64,000 nt of DNA from Phyllobates terribilis (Eukaryota): assembly GCF_046119375.1 (NCBI RefSeq), contig NW_027362763.1:767250001-767314000 (forward strand), in the 5' to 3' direction. Position numbers and translations under genes: made by a program. Of the stretch, positions 39,186 to 52,759 are shown in pieces (position 1 is the first letter of the stretch; each line of letters opens with the position of its first letter). The notes beneath the pieces are model-generated. The model made no database searches and was not told where the DNA came from. It saw only the letters and a list, made by a program, of their open reading frames with translations.

Positions 39186-42100
39186 GATCGCTCAGAGAGG
39201 TCGCCCTAGACAAAAGTAAACCCTCTCCATCTCTGATGCTGTCAGTCTCTATCTCCTGCGGAGAGAACCGCTATTTCGAACTGGCTCAACTTGACTCAGG
39301 AGCTGCTGGAAATCTCATTTCTCAGTCTCTGGTAGAGAAATACCGCATTCCCACCAAACCTCTGGCCGTACCTTTATCTGTCGCCGCTGTGGATGGGGGC
39401 CTCTTACCACATCCCATCAAACTCATCACCGAATCCATAACTCTGCAGGTGGGAATGCTGCATTCTGAGAGCATCTCCTTTCATGTTCTGCCTGGGCTCT
39501 CTCACGCACTCTTGTTAGGCCTACCTTGGCTCCAGAAACATGCACCCGTGCTTGACTGGCAGACCGGAGAAGTCCTTCACTGGGGACAGGACTGCCATAG
39601 GACTTGTCTAGTTCCCGTTCATCCTGCTCGTCCTTCTCCTACCCCAGTCAGTCTACCCGGTCTACCGGTTCCCTATTGGTCTTATGCGGATGTCTTCAAT
39701 AAAAAAGAAGCAGAGACATTACCCCCTCATAGACCATACGATTGTCCAATCGACCTGATTCCCGGCTCTACTCCTCCCCGTGGGCATATCTACCCTTTGT
39801 CCGCAGCGGAGACCCGGTCCATGTCAGAATATATTGAGGAGAATCTGGCCCGGGGATTTATCTGGAAATCTATCTCCCCGGCGGGAGCAGGCTTCTTCTT
39901 CGTCAAAAAGAAGGACGGCTCACTCCGTCCATGTATAGATTATAGAGGCCTTAACCAGATTACAGTGAAGAATAAATACCCCCTCCCGCTCATTCCTGAA
40001 TTATTTGACCGCCTGAGGGGGGCTAGAATCTTCACCAAACTGGATCTCCGTGGGGCGTATAACCTGGTCCGTATCCGTCAGGGGGATGAGTGGAAGACGG
40101 CATTCAACACCCGGGACGGCCACTATGAGTACCTTGTAATGCCATTCGGTCTCTGTAACGCTCCTGCCGTCTTTCAAGAGTTGGTCAATGACATCTTCCG
40201 TGACCTTCTCTACTCCTGCGTGGTGGTGTACCTGGACGACATCTTGGTCTTCTCTCCGGACCTTCCTACTCACCGGAGGGATGTTCGTCAGGTCCTGCTC
40301 AGGCTCAGGCAGAACCACCTCTACGCTAAATATGAGAAGTGCATCTTTGAGCAGACCTCTCTTCCATTTCTGGGCTACATAATCTCTCAGACCGGCCTAC
40401 AAATGGATCCTGAGAAACTGTCTGCCATCCAGAAGTGGCCCCGACCAGAGGGGTTGAAGGCTATTCAGCGGTTCCTGGGCTTCGCCAACTATTACCGCCT
40501 CTTCATACCGCACTTCTCTTCCAGGACTGCCCCTATCTCTGCGCTCACCTGTAAGGGTACTAATCCCAGAAGATGGCCGCCCGAAGCTGAGGAGGCCTTT
40601 CTTTCCTTAAAACAGGCCTTCTCCTCCGCCCTGGTGCTGCATCGTCCAGACGGCAACAAACAATTCTTCCTAGAAGTTGACGCTTCCTCCTCCGGAGCCA
40701 GGGCGGTACTTACCCAAAAGTCATCTTCCGGGAGAATGGTAACCTGCGGTTTTTTCTCCAAACTCTTCTCCTCTTCTGAGCGCAACTATTCTATTGGAGA
40801 CCGTGAATTGTTAGCCATTAAGCTGGCACTGGAGGAGTAGCGTTACCTGCTCGAGGGGGCTCTTCATCCGGTAATAATTTACACGGACCACAAGAACTTG
40901 GCTTACCTTCAGAGCGCCCAGAGACTTAACCCGCGCCAAGCCCGGTGGTCCTTGTTTTTTGCCCGCTTTGATTTTGTTCTTCATTTTCGCCCGGCAGACA
41001 AAAACATCAAAGCTGACGCCTTGTCCCGATCCTTCCTGGTATCTGATCTAGAGGAGGAACCTAAGCACATCATTGATCCCGCCAGAGTAATGCAAGTGGC
41101 TCCCGTGAATCTAAATCGTCTCCCTCCCGGTAAGACGTTTGTAACTGTACCTGATCGGAAGAAGGTCCTACACTGGGGTCATTCGTCTAAGCTAGCTGGC
41201 CACGCCGGTCAGAAAAAGACCCTCCAGCTCATTACTGGTGGCCTTCCCTGCAAAAGGATGTAATAGACTTTGTTTCTGCCTGTGTGTCCTGCGCCCGCAA
41301 CAAAGTTCCGAGACACCTGCCAGCCAGTCGCCTTCTTCCTCTTCCAGTACCTGCTGCCCCATGGCAGCATATTGCTATGGACTTTATAACGGATCTTCCT
41401 GTCTCTGCCGGTTGTACGGTCATTTGGGTGGTCGCTGATCGCTTCTCCAAGATGGCGCACTTCATTCCCCTGCCGGGTCTCCCGTCTGCACCCGAACTGG
41501 CTAAAGACTTTATCCGCCACATCTTCCGTCTCCATGACCTGCCCCTCCACATCATGTCAGATCGTGGGGTTCAGTTCACGCTTCTGGAGAGCCACATGTA
41601 AGTTGCTTGACGTCACTCTGGACTTCTCCGCTTACCATCCACAGTCCAATGGTCAAGTGGAGCGGATCAATCAGAACCTGACCAGTTACCTCCGGCACTT
41701 CGTTAATGCCCACCATTCGGACTGGGTGGATCTCCTACCATGGGCCGAGTTCTCTTACAATAATCACGAGAGCGAATCTTCCTCCGAATCCCCGTTTTTT
41801 GTAGTCTTCGGTCAGCATCCTCGGATCCCATTTCCCGTCTCCACCTCGGTGGACAATCCGGCTGCGGAATCTCTCGTTAGCGAATTCTCCTCCATTTGGG
41901 AGAGTACCCGATCCGCACTCCTTCAGTCGTCCGAACGGATGAAAAAACACGCTGACAAGAAACGCCTGGATCCTCCACAATTCCGTCCTGGAGATAAAGT
42001 CTGGCTCTCGTCCAAATATGTCCGGCTCAAGATTCCCTCCTACAAGTTAGGGCCTCGGTTCATCAGCCCACTGGAAGTTATCAAACAGATCAACCCGGTG

Positions 42101-42400
42101 GCCTATAAATTAAAACTCCCAGCCAACTTACGGATCCCTAACTCCTTCCATGTATCTCTTCTCAAACCCGTGGTACTTAACTCTTTTTCCAAGTCTACAG
42201 GTACGCCTCCTGCTCCGGTTTCCGCTGAGAACGAGTTTGAGGTAGAGAACATTCTGGCCACCAAAAGGGTAAGAGGAAAAACCTTTTTTCTGGTAGATTG
42301 GAAGGGGTTTGGTCCTGAGAAGAGAACGTGGGAGCCCCGGGAGAACATCCATGCCCCTCTCATCCTTGATAAATTTCTCTCTGGCCTAAAAAAGGGGGGG
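39167..42400 (+). pseudogene. pol: Gypsy Pol (protease, RT, RNase H, integrase, chromodomain), disrupted
   Basis: LDSGA protease site, YLDD RT, DAS RNase H, integrase D-D-E (IAMDF, SDRG, VERIN) and C-terminal chromodomain (FEVENIL...FLVDWKGFGPEKRTWEP). TAG at 40838-40840 and frameshifts or a deletion in the integrase. Confidence 0.92.
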
Positions 42401-42417
42401 CCTAGAGGGGGGGGTAC

Positions 42418-43530
42418 TGTAGCATCGGCGTCCCTGCCTCCTGCTAGGCAGGGACGCTGTTCCCCTCACCTCTCCGCTCTGTGCCCAGCGTCTTCCTCCC
42501 GCTCTGCTGGCAGCGCGCGCTGCTTCCCGGCCACGATGCTTAGGGCGCGCGCGCGCGCTCCCCCTCCCTTAAAGGGGCCGCGCGCGCCGTCCTAAGGAGT
42601 CCCCGGCCAATGGCCGGAGGACTTCACCATATAAAAGGCACCTCCTCCAAAATGGAGGTGCCCGAGCAATGTTGTTGCAAAGCCTTCACTCTGCTTCAGC
42701 CCTCAGGTCCTGTTTCCAGTTACCTGCCAGTCACCTGCGAGATTCCTGCCTGTTACCTGCCAGTCACCTGACAGATTCCTGCCTGTTACCTGCCAGTCAC
42801 CTGACAGATTCCTGCCTGTTACCTGCCAGTCACCTGCCAGATTCCTTCTTGATACCTGCCAGATATCCGTTTACCTGCTTGCAAGCCTGCGGTCCGACGG
42901 TCTGCCTTCCGACACCTGTCAGTCTGTCTATGGACCAGCCTGCCCGCTCACCTGGGAGCGCTCGTCTGCTACCTGCCTGCTAGCCTACCTGGAGGCTCCG
43001 CCGTCACTTGCCGTGACCACCTGCCTGTCCAGAGACTCTTGTCTGCTCACCTGGGAGCGCTCATCTGCTACCTGCCTGCTAGCCTACCTGGAGGCTCCGC
43101 CGTCACTTGCCGTGACCACCTGCCTGTCCAGAGACTCTCGCCTGCTCACCTAGGAGCGCTCACCTGCTACCTGCCTGCTAGCCTACCTGGAGGCTCTGCC
43201 GTCACTAGCCGTGACCAGCTGCCTGTCCAGAGACTGTCCCTGTCACTTGCCGTGAGTACCCGCCCTTCTACCCAGAGACTGTCCCTGTCACTTGCCGTGA
43301 CTACCTGCCCTTCTACCCAGAGACTGTCCCTGTCACTTGCCGTGACTACCTGCCCTTCTACCCAGAGACTGTCCCTGTCACTTGCCGTGACTACCTGCCC
43401 TTCTACCCAGAGACTGTCCCTGTCACTTGCCGTGATTACCTGCCCGTCTTCCCTGGGAGCCACCCGCTTCCTTACAAGGACCGCCCCCTTGTATAGTGGC
43501 TCAGAGGTTCCGCCTCCCAGACCTGTTACA
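42418..43530 (+). repeat. 3' LTR (1113 bp)
   Basis: Homologous to the 5' LTR, with fewer internal tandem units. Confidence 0.93.
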
Positions 43531-46500
43531 TGGAGGACTATGTGGGGCCCATTGTTCTGTATGGAGGACTATGTGGGGCCCATTGTTCTGTATGGAGGAC
43601 TATGTGGGGCCCATTGTTCTGTATGGAGGACTATGTGGGGCCCATTGTTCTGTATGGAGGACTATGTGGGGCCCATTGTTCTGTATGGAGGACTATGTGG
43701 GGCCCATTATTCTGTATGGAGGACTATGCGGGGTTATTATTCTGTATGGAGGACTATGCGGGGCCATTATTCTGTATGGAGGACTATGCGGGGCCATTAT
43801 TCTGTATGGAGGAGTATGTGGGGCCATTATTCTGTATGGAGGAGTATGTGGGGCCATTATTCTGTATAGAGGACTGTGTGGGGCCCATTATACTGTATAG
43901 AGGACTATGTGGGGCCATTATTCTGTATAGAGGACTGTGTGGGGCCCATTCTACTGTATAGAGGACTATGTGGGGCCATTATTCTGTATGAAGGACTATG
44001 TGGGGCCCATTATTCTGTATGGAGGACTATGTGAGGCCCATTATTCTGTATGGAGGACTATATGGGACCCATTGTTCTGTATGGAGGACTATGTGGGGCC
44101 CATTATACTGTATGGAGGACTATGTGGGGCCCATTATACTGTATGGAGGACTATGTGGCCCATTATACTGTATGGAGGACTATGTGGGGCCCATTATTCT
44201 GTATGGAGGACTATGTGGGGCCCATTGTTCTGTATGAAGGACTATGTGGGGCCCATTGTTCTGTATGGAGGACTATGTGGGATCCATTGTTCTGTATGGA
44301 GGACTATGTGGGGCCCATTGTTCTGTATGGAGGACTATGTGGGATCCATTGTTCTGTATGGAGGACTATGTGGGGTCCATTGTTCTGTATGGAGGACTAT
44401 GTGGGGCCCATTATTCTGTATGGAGGAATATGTGGGGCCATTATTCTGTATGGAGGAGTATGTGGGGCCATTATTCTGTATGGAGGAGTATGTGGGGCCA
44501 TTATTCTGTATAGAGGACTGTGTGGGGCCCATTATACTGTATAGAGGACTATGTGGGGCCCATTATACTGTATAGAGGACTATGTGGGGCCATTATTCTG
44601 TATGAAGGACTATGTGGGGCCCATTATTCTGTATGGAGGACTATGTGAGGCCCATTATTCTGTATGGAGGACTATGTGGGACCCATTGTTCTGTATGGAG
44701 GACTATGTGGGACCCATTGTTCTGTATGGAGGACTATGTGGGGCCCATTGTTCTGTATGGAGGACTATGTGGGATCCATTGTTCTGTATGGAGGACTATG
44801 TGGGGTCCATTGTTCTGTATGGAGGACTATGTGGGGCCCATTATTCTGTATGGAGGACTATGTAGGGCCCATTGTTCTGAATGGAGGACTATGTGGGGCC
44901 CATTGTTCTGTATGGAGGACTATGTGGGGCCCATTATACTGTACGGAGGACTATGTGGAGCCCATTATACTGTATGGAGGACTATGTGGGCCCATTATAC
45001 TGTATGGAGGACTATGTGGGCCCATTATACTGTATGGAGGACTATGTGGGGCCCTTTATTCTGTATGGAGGACTATGTGGGGCCCATTATTCTGTATGGA
45101 GGACTATGTGGGGCCCATTGTTCTGTATGGAGGACTATGTGAGGCCCATTGTTCTGTATGGAGGACTAAGTGGGGCCCATTGTTCTGTATGGAGGACTAT
45201 GTGGGGCCCATTGATCTGTATGGAGGACTATGTGGGATCCATTGTTCTGTATGGAGGACTATGTGGGGCCCATTGTTCCGTATGGAGGACTATGTGGGGC
45301 CCATTGTTCTGTATGGAGGACTAAGTGGGGCCCATTGTTCCGTATGGAGGACTATGTGGGGCCCATTGTTCTGTATTGAGGACTATGTGGGGCCCAGTGT
45401 TCTGTATTGAGGACTATGTGGGGCCCATTGTTCTGTATTGAGGACTATAGTGCGCCATTTATACTGTATGGAGGACTATGTGGGGCCCATTGTTCCGTAT
45501 GGAGGACTATGTGGGGCCCATTGTTCCGTATGGAGGACTATGTGGGGCCCATTGTTCTGTATTGAGGACTATGTGGGGCCCATTGTTCTGTATTGAGGAC
45601 TATAGTGCGCCATTTATACTGTATGGAGGACTATGCGGGGCCATTGTTCCGTATGGAGGACTATGTGAGGCCATTATTCTGTATGAAGGACTATGTGGGG
45701 CCCATTATTCTGTATGGAGGACTATGTGAGGCCCATTATTCTGTATGGAGGACAATGTGGGACCCATTGTTCTGTATGGAGGACTATGTGGGGCCCATTG
45801 TTCTGTATGGAGGACTATGTGGGGCCCATTGTTCTGTATGGAGGACTATGTGGGGTCCATTGTTCTGTATGGAGGACTATGTGGGGCCCATTATACTGTA
45901 TGGAGGACTATGTGGGGCCCATTATACTGTACGGAGGACTATGTGGAGCCCATTATACTGTATGGAGGACTATGTGGGCCCATTATACTGCATGGAGGAC
46001 TATGTGGGGCCCATTATTCTGTATGGAGGACTATGTGGGGCCCATTATTCCGTATGGAGGACTATGTGTGGCCCATTGTTCTGTATGGAGGACTATGTGC
46101 GGCCCATTGTTCTGTATGGAGGACTATGTGGGATCCATTGTTCTGTATGGAGGACTATGTGGGGCCCATTGTTCCGTATGGAGGACTATGTGGGGCCTAT
46201 TGTTCTGTATGGAGGACTAAGTGGGGCCCATTGTTCCGTATGGAGGACTATGTGGGGCCCATTGTTCTGTATTGAGGACTATGTGGGGCCCATTGTTCTG
46301 TATTGAGGACTATGTGGGGCCCATTGTTCTGTATTGAGGACTATAGTGCGCCATTTATACTGTATGGAGGACTAAGTGGGGCCCATTGTTCCGTATGGAG
46401 GACTATGTGGGGCCCATTGTTCCGTATGGAGGACTATGTGGGGCCCATTGTTCTATATGGAGGACTAAGTGGGGCCCATTGTTCTGTATTGAGGTCTATG

Positions 46501-48564
46501 TGGGGCCCATTGTTCTGTATGGAGGACTATGTGGGGCCCATTGTTCTGTATGGAGGACTATGTGGGATCCATTGTTCTGTATGGAGGACTATGTGGGGCC
46601 CATTGTTCCGTATGGAGGACTATGTGGGGCCCATTGTTCTGTATGGAGGACTAAGTGGGGCCCATTGTTCCGTATGGAGGACTATGTGGGGCCCATTGTT
46701 CAATATGGAGGACTAAGTGGGGCCCATTGTTCTGTATTGAGGACTATGTGGGGCCCATTGTTCTGTATTGAGGACTATAGTGCGCCATTTATACTGTATG
46801 GAGGACTATGTGGGGCCCATTGTTCCGTATGGAGGACTATGTGGGGCCCATTGTTCTATATGGAGGACTAAGTGGGGCCCATTGTTCTGTATTGAGGACT
46901 ATGTGGGGCCCATTGTTCTGTATTGAGGACTATAGTGCGCCATTTATACTGGTTGGCCAGCGACTTTGTCCAAGTTTTTCATTTTGGCCCTGTGTGTGTT
47001 TGAGTTTGACATCCCTGCTCTAAACGCAGGTTTTTCCACAAGTAAAATCTGCCATATGAACGTACCCTAAGGGGTCACATATAGATGGTCCTCAATAACT
47101 GGAATCAGCTGCGCTCCTGGATTCAACTCATCACTTTGATTGCGCTGATGCAAATAAGAAAAAGCAACAGAGCTGGAGGGGATGTCAGCCATGCAAACTG
47201 CTAGGTCAGTGTGAGGCACCGAGCCCTGGAAGAAGCTTGCAGAACGTCTGTGTGATTTTACACAAGTGATGCAAGCTGTCATTGGTTTTCACAGTTTAGA
47301 AGATATAGGCGGCATCACTATGCGAAAGGTCTCTTTATTCACCCTTGCACTGTTTCAGTTCAACTACGGAGCCTTTCTCCTGTAGACAGAGCAGGACATT
47401 TGCCAAGGCAAAAATTAGATGGCAGCCACACGGCTTTATAACATTATTAACCTGCAGGTTTACCCTATCTCTGTAGGTTAATAGTGTTTTTTACATGACA
47501 GATTCCCTTTAAATGCATGTATGTGGGGCTAAAAAAAATCATGTTTTTAATTCAATTTCATAAAAATTTTGCACCATTTTGCCCAGCTAAAAAGAGCTGA
47601 AAAAAAAGACTGGTAGAAGCGTTAGAAACTCTCTCATCAAACCTTTAGAATGAGCTCACACAGGGATTCTCAATTCACCCATTGTGCTTCTAGCAATAGA
47701 CAGCATTAGCGCTCGTCCAGATGACCGTAATAATCGGACGAGTGCCATTAGTCGTTTTATTATGTTATTCTATGGGGCCGAGCACATTTACAATTTTGTC
47801 CTCTGACCGAGTCTGGAGAAGAAAAAAAATCACACCATGCACAAGTTTGATCCAGTATTCAGATCGCAATCGGCCATGCAAGGCAATGACTGTGTGGAAA
47901 ACATCAGACTGCACTCAGATGACATCTGAGTGCAATCAGATTTCCATGGACTGACAGAATGGAGATGGAGACATTTTTTTCTCCATCTTCTCTTCTTCCG
48001 AATGAATTGGATCACACTATGATGACACTCTGATCAGTGTGAATTGCATAATTGACCCGATTTTCTCGTCTGCACCTAGCTTAACACAAGGGCTACAGAA
48101 GGCAAATGGTGCAAAATTATAAATATACCCAATTATACAAATGATTGTTAGCAAATAATACATGCAGTTAAGAAAGAAAAAATGTTCCAAAAGGTGGACA
48201 ACCCCTTTAAGGATGTTTGTTTACCAAGTGCAACTTGTATCTTCCATTTACTGCAATAGGACTTCAGATTTGGTTTGGCTAAGGGAAAATCTATTCAGAA
48301 TGTATTCACATAGGACATATCTGCTTTGGAAACCAGAATGGAAAACCATGCGGTTGTATGAACAGTGAAATAGGTTTTACATTGAAACCAATGGGTTGTG
48401 TTTTGTAGACATTTTTCACACCATTTTTAACATGGAAAATGTTCTTTCCACATGAAAACTGATAAAAATACCCCAAAACGTAACCGTACCACTAGTGTCT
48501 GCGCCAGCATGGCATTTCATGTGCTTCCCGGTCATTAGCAGAACCATTAGAGCGCACGTCCCAG

Positions 48565-51342
48565 ACACATACACCTGTACACCACACATACAACTATATA
48601 CCACACACTTACACCTATATACCACACACGTACACCTATATACTACACACTTGTATCTCATGTACACCTATACACCACACGTACACCTGTATGCCACATG
48701 TACACCACACACGTACACCTATATACCACACGTACACACCACACACGCACACCTCATGTACACCTATACACCACACACGTACACCTATATACCACACACG
48801 TACACCTCATGTACACCTATACACCACACACGCACACCTCATGTACACCTATACACCACACACGTACACCTATATACCACACACGTACACCTCATGTACA
48901 CCTATACACCACACACGCACACCTCATGTACACCTATACACCACACACGTACACCTCATGTACACCTACACACCACACACGCACACCTATATACCACACA
49001 CGTACACCTCATGTACACCTACACACCACACACGCACACCTCATGTACACCTATACACCACACACGCACACCTATATACCACACGTACACCTCATGTACA
49101 CCTACACACCACACACGCACACCTCACGTACACCTATATACCACACACACACACCTCATGTACACCTATACACCACACACGCACACCTATATACCACACA
49201 CGTACACCTCATGTACACCTACACACCACACACGCACACCTCATGTACACCTATACACCACACACGTACACCTATATACCACACACGCACACCTCATGTA
49301 CACCTATACACCACACACGTACACCTATATACCACACACGTACACCTCATGTACACCTATACACCACACACGTACACCTCATGTACACCTATACACCACA
49401 CACGTACACCTATATACCACACACGTACACCTCATGTACACCTATACACCACACACGCACACCTCATGTACACCTATACACCACACACGTACACCTATAT
49501 ACCACACACGTACACCTCATGTACACCTATACACCACACACGCACACCTCATGTACACCTATACACCACACACGTACACCTATATACCACACACGTACAC
49601 CTCATGTACACCTATACACCACACACCTCATGTACACCTATACACCACACACGTACACCTATATACCACACACGTACACCTCATGTACACCTATACACCA
49701 CACACGCACACCTCATGTACACCTATACACCACACACGTACACCTATATACCACACACGTACACCTCATGTACACCTATACACCACACACGCACACCTCA
49801 TGTACACCTATACACCACACACGTACACCTCATGTACACCTACACACCACACGCACACCTCATGTACACCTATACACCACACACGTACACCTATATACCA
49901 CACACGTACACCTCATGTACACCTATACACCACACACGTACACCTATATACCACACACGTACACCTCATGTACACCTATACACCACACACCTCATGTACA
50001 CCTATACACCACACACGCACACCTATATACCACACACGTACACCTCATGTACACCTACACACCACACACGCACACCTCATGTACACCTATACACCACACA
50101 CGCACACCTATATACCACACACGTACACCTCATGTACACCTACACACCACACACGCACACCTCATGTACACCTATACACCACACACGCACACCTATATAC
50201 CACACGTACACCTCATGTACACCTACACACCACACACGCACACCTCATGTACAACTATACACCACACACGTACACCTATATACCACACACGCACACCTCA
50301 TGTACACCTATACACCACACACGCACACCTATATACCACACACGTACACCTCATGTACACCTACACACCACACACGCACACCTCATGTACACCTATACAC
50401 CACACACGTACACCTATATACCACACATGCACACCTCATGTACACCTATACACCACACACGTACACCTATATACCACACACGTACACCTCATGTACACCT
50501 ATACACCACACACGTACACCTCATGTACACCTATACACCACACACGTACACCTATATACCACACACGTACACCTCATGTACACCTATACACCACACACGC
50601 ACACCTCATGTACACCTATACACCACACACGTACACCTATATACCACACACGTACACCTCATGTACACCTATACACCACACACGCACACCTCATGTACAC
50701 CTATACACCACACACGTACACCTATATACCACACACGTACACCTCATGTACACCTATACACCACACACCTCATGTACACCTATACACCACACACGTACAC
50801 CTATATACCACACACGTACACCTCATGTACACCTACACACCACACACGCACACCTCATGTACACCTATACACCACACGTACACCTATATACCACACACGT
50901 ACACCTCATGTACACCTACACACGCACACCTCATGTACACCTATACACCACACACGTACACCAATATACCACACACGTACACCTCATGTACACCTATACA
51001 CCACACACGTACACCTATACACCACACACGCACACCTCATGTACACCTATACACCACACGTACACCTATATACCACACACGTACACCTCATGTACACCTA
51101 CACACCACACACGCACACCTCATGTACACCTATACACCACACACGCACACCTCATGTACACCTATACACCACACACGTACACCTCATGTACACCTACACA
51201 CCACACACGTACACCTATATACCACACACGTACACCTCATGTACACTTATACACCACACACGCACACCTCATGTACACCTATACACCACACGTACACCTG
51301 TACACCACACATGTATACCACATGTACACCTATATACCACAC
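48565..51342. repeat. 2.8-kb CA/TA-rich compound minisatellite
   Basis: Shuffled modules ACACCTCATGT, ACACCTATAC/ACACCTATAT and ACCACACACG(T/C). Confidence 0.95.
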
Positions 51343-51534
51343 GGTTGACATTGACTGCAATTACAAAAGAAAAATATACTTTTTTCTTTTTACTACAGTT
51401 GGATTGTAAATCTGGCATTGGCTTTGACTGAGCATCTACAAATCTGAAAAAAAAATATACAAAGATTTCACATATATTGCATTTTTGCAAAATCTAAATA
51501 ATTTATTGAATCTGGAGTGAAAGTATAAGCAGAC

Positions 51535-51640
51535 CTTTCCAGGATGACACAACGTTTGAGGCCGGCTCAGGCCGCCGTAGTCGTGTGGTATGCCGCCATG
51601 TTTATGTAGTCCGTCGCCAACTTGTTTTCCCACTATCCTG
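51535..51640 (-). other. Possible non-coding first exon of a divergent gene (SLX4IP by mammalian synteny)
   Basis: Minus-strand YY1-type AACATGGCGG and candidate donor AAG|GTCTGC at 51534. No SLX4IP coding exon was recognised in the window, so identity is inference only. Confidence 0.3.
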
Positions 51641-51960
51641 ATGTAGCGGTTACAATAACAACCAATGGGAGCTCACGTATCATAGAATCTTACGAAACAC
51701 AAGTGAGAGTCGCGCTCCTATTGGTGGAAGGATGGCAGCGCGATTACAGGCAGAGAAGGTGACCTGAGCGCAGAGTTGTCGCCTCCTCGGTATTTCCGGT
51801 GCTGAAGCTCCTGCACCACAGCCGGCTGTAGTGTACGGTACAGGTGAGGCTGAGCTGCGGGGAGTGGGGACATTACATATTACACTCGGTGGGCACCTGT
51901 AGCCTTCATACACACCTGCAGCCGAGCGCTGATATAATGGTTGTCAGTGGCACGTGGTGT
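51540..51960. promoter_or_regulatory. CpG-containing, probably bidirectional MKKS promoter
   Basis: Local CpG/GC enrichment, CCAAT at 51662 and ATTGG at 51720, YY1-like motifs on both strands, ETS-like TTCCGG at about 51794, and a splice donor at 51844. Confidence 0.65.
51720..51843 (+). other. MKKS: Probable MKKS exon 1 (5' leader)
   Basis: Strong donor CAG|GTGAGG at 51843/51844 within the CpG patch, upstream of the uORF exons. The transcription start is approximate. Confidence 0.6.
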
Positions 51961-52261
51961 GGAGAGTTGTAGCCTAGCACTCACTGCAGTGTCACTGTGG
52001 CTGTCCAGACTCCAGGTGCTAATGCTTTGAAAAAATGGCAACAATGAAGCCCTACAGCTGGCGACACAAGGCAGGAGAGGGATTCCATAAATGTGCAGGT
52101 GCTGAGACTGGTTGCTACAGGCAACGGCTCTAGTTTGTCATGAATCTTGATACATATTTACAACAAAAAAGACACCGACCCAACATTTCTCCAGCAGTTA
52201 TCCGTCGCTAGACTATGTATGACCCACTATGCCATCGAAGCTGCCAAGAGAAAAGCGGCCA

Positions 52262-52299
<38 letters not shown>

Positions 52300-52759
52300 G
52301 TTTATTTAGTATCTGCAGTTATGACCTGTAACTGTAAAGAAGCCTTTCCTATAGAGATGCTGGAATCGCTTTACAATATATGGCATTGTGCTCCAATAAT
52401 AATTGTTATTTTTTTAGCGCCAACATATTCCACAGCACTTTACAATTTTAGGAGGGACTTGTACAGACAATAAAGACTTTACAGAATAAACATAACTCAG
52501 ATACCAGGAGGAGAGAGGGCCCTGATCACAAGCTACAGTCCAGGGCCGGCTCCAGGTTTTTGTGGGCCCCGGGCGAAAGAGTCTCAGTTGGCCCCTTTGA
52601 CACATACCACAATTCATGATGCACAGATACCGCAGAGAAATATATATATATATAGTACAAGGACAAAGATTTCACTTCTTACATTACATGAGTGATATCT
52701 ATTGTAAATTCTACAATAGCTCAGAAATCGGCAAATCGCTCCACACATTATACTTGTCC

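Larger units (their letters stand above)
36930..43530 (+). mobile_element. Ty3/Gypsy chromovirus LTR retrotransposon (Tf1/sushi-like), full length, inactivated
   Basis: Two LTRs (TGTAGC...GTTACA), 5-bp TSD TGGAG (36925-36929 and 43531-43535), gag, PR-RT-RH-IN-chromodomain, and a polypurine tract at about 42388-42414. Confidence 0.97.
36322..46950. repeat. 30/31-bp satellite array interrupted by a Gypsy element
   Basis: Unit ATGTGGGGCCCATT(A/G)TTCTGTATGGAGGACT at 36322-36929 and 43531-46950. A hAT-like end (GAGTTTGACATCCCTG) lies at about 47002-47017. Confidence 0.95.

Noticed and set aside
43496-47023. Many overlapping MEDYVGP/WRTMWGP ORFs and a CRISPR-like periodic look
   Set aside because: These are direct tandem 30/31-bp units with no unique spacers and no cas genes, in a eukaryotic context. 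The ORFs are repeat artefacts.
48495-51431. Very long His/Thr/Tyr-rich ORFs (978, 903 and 885 aa)
   Set aside because: They are translations of a stop-free minisatellite open in all three frames, with no splice or domain support.
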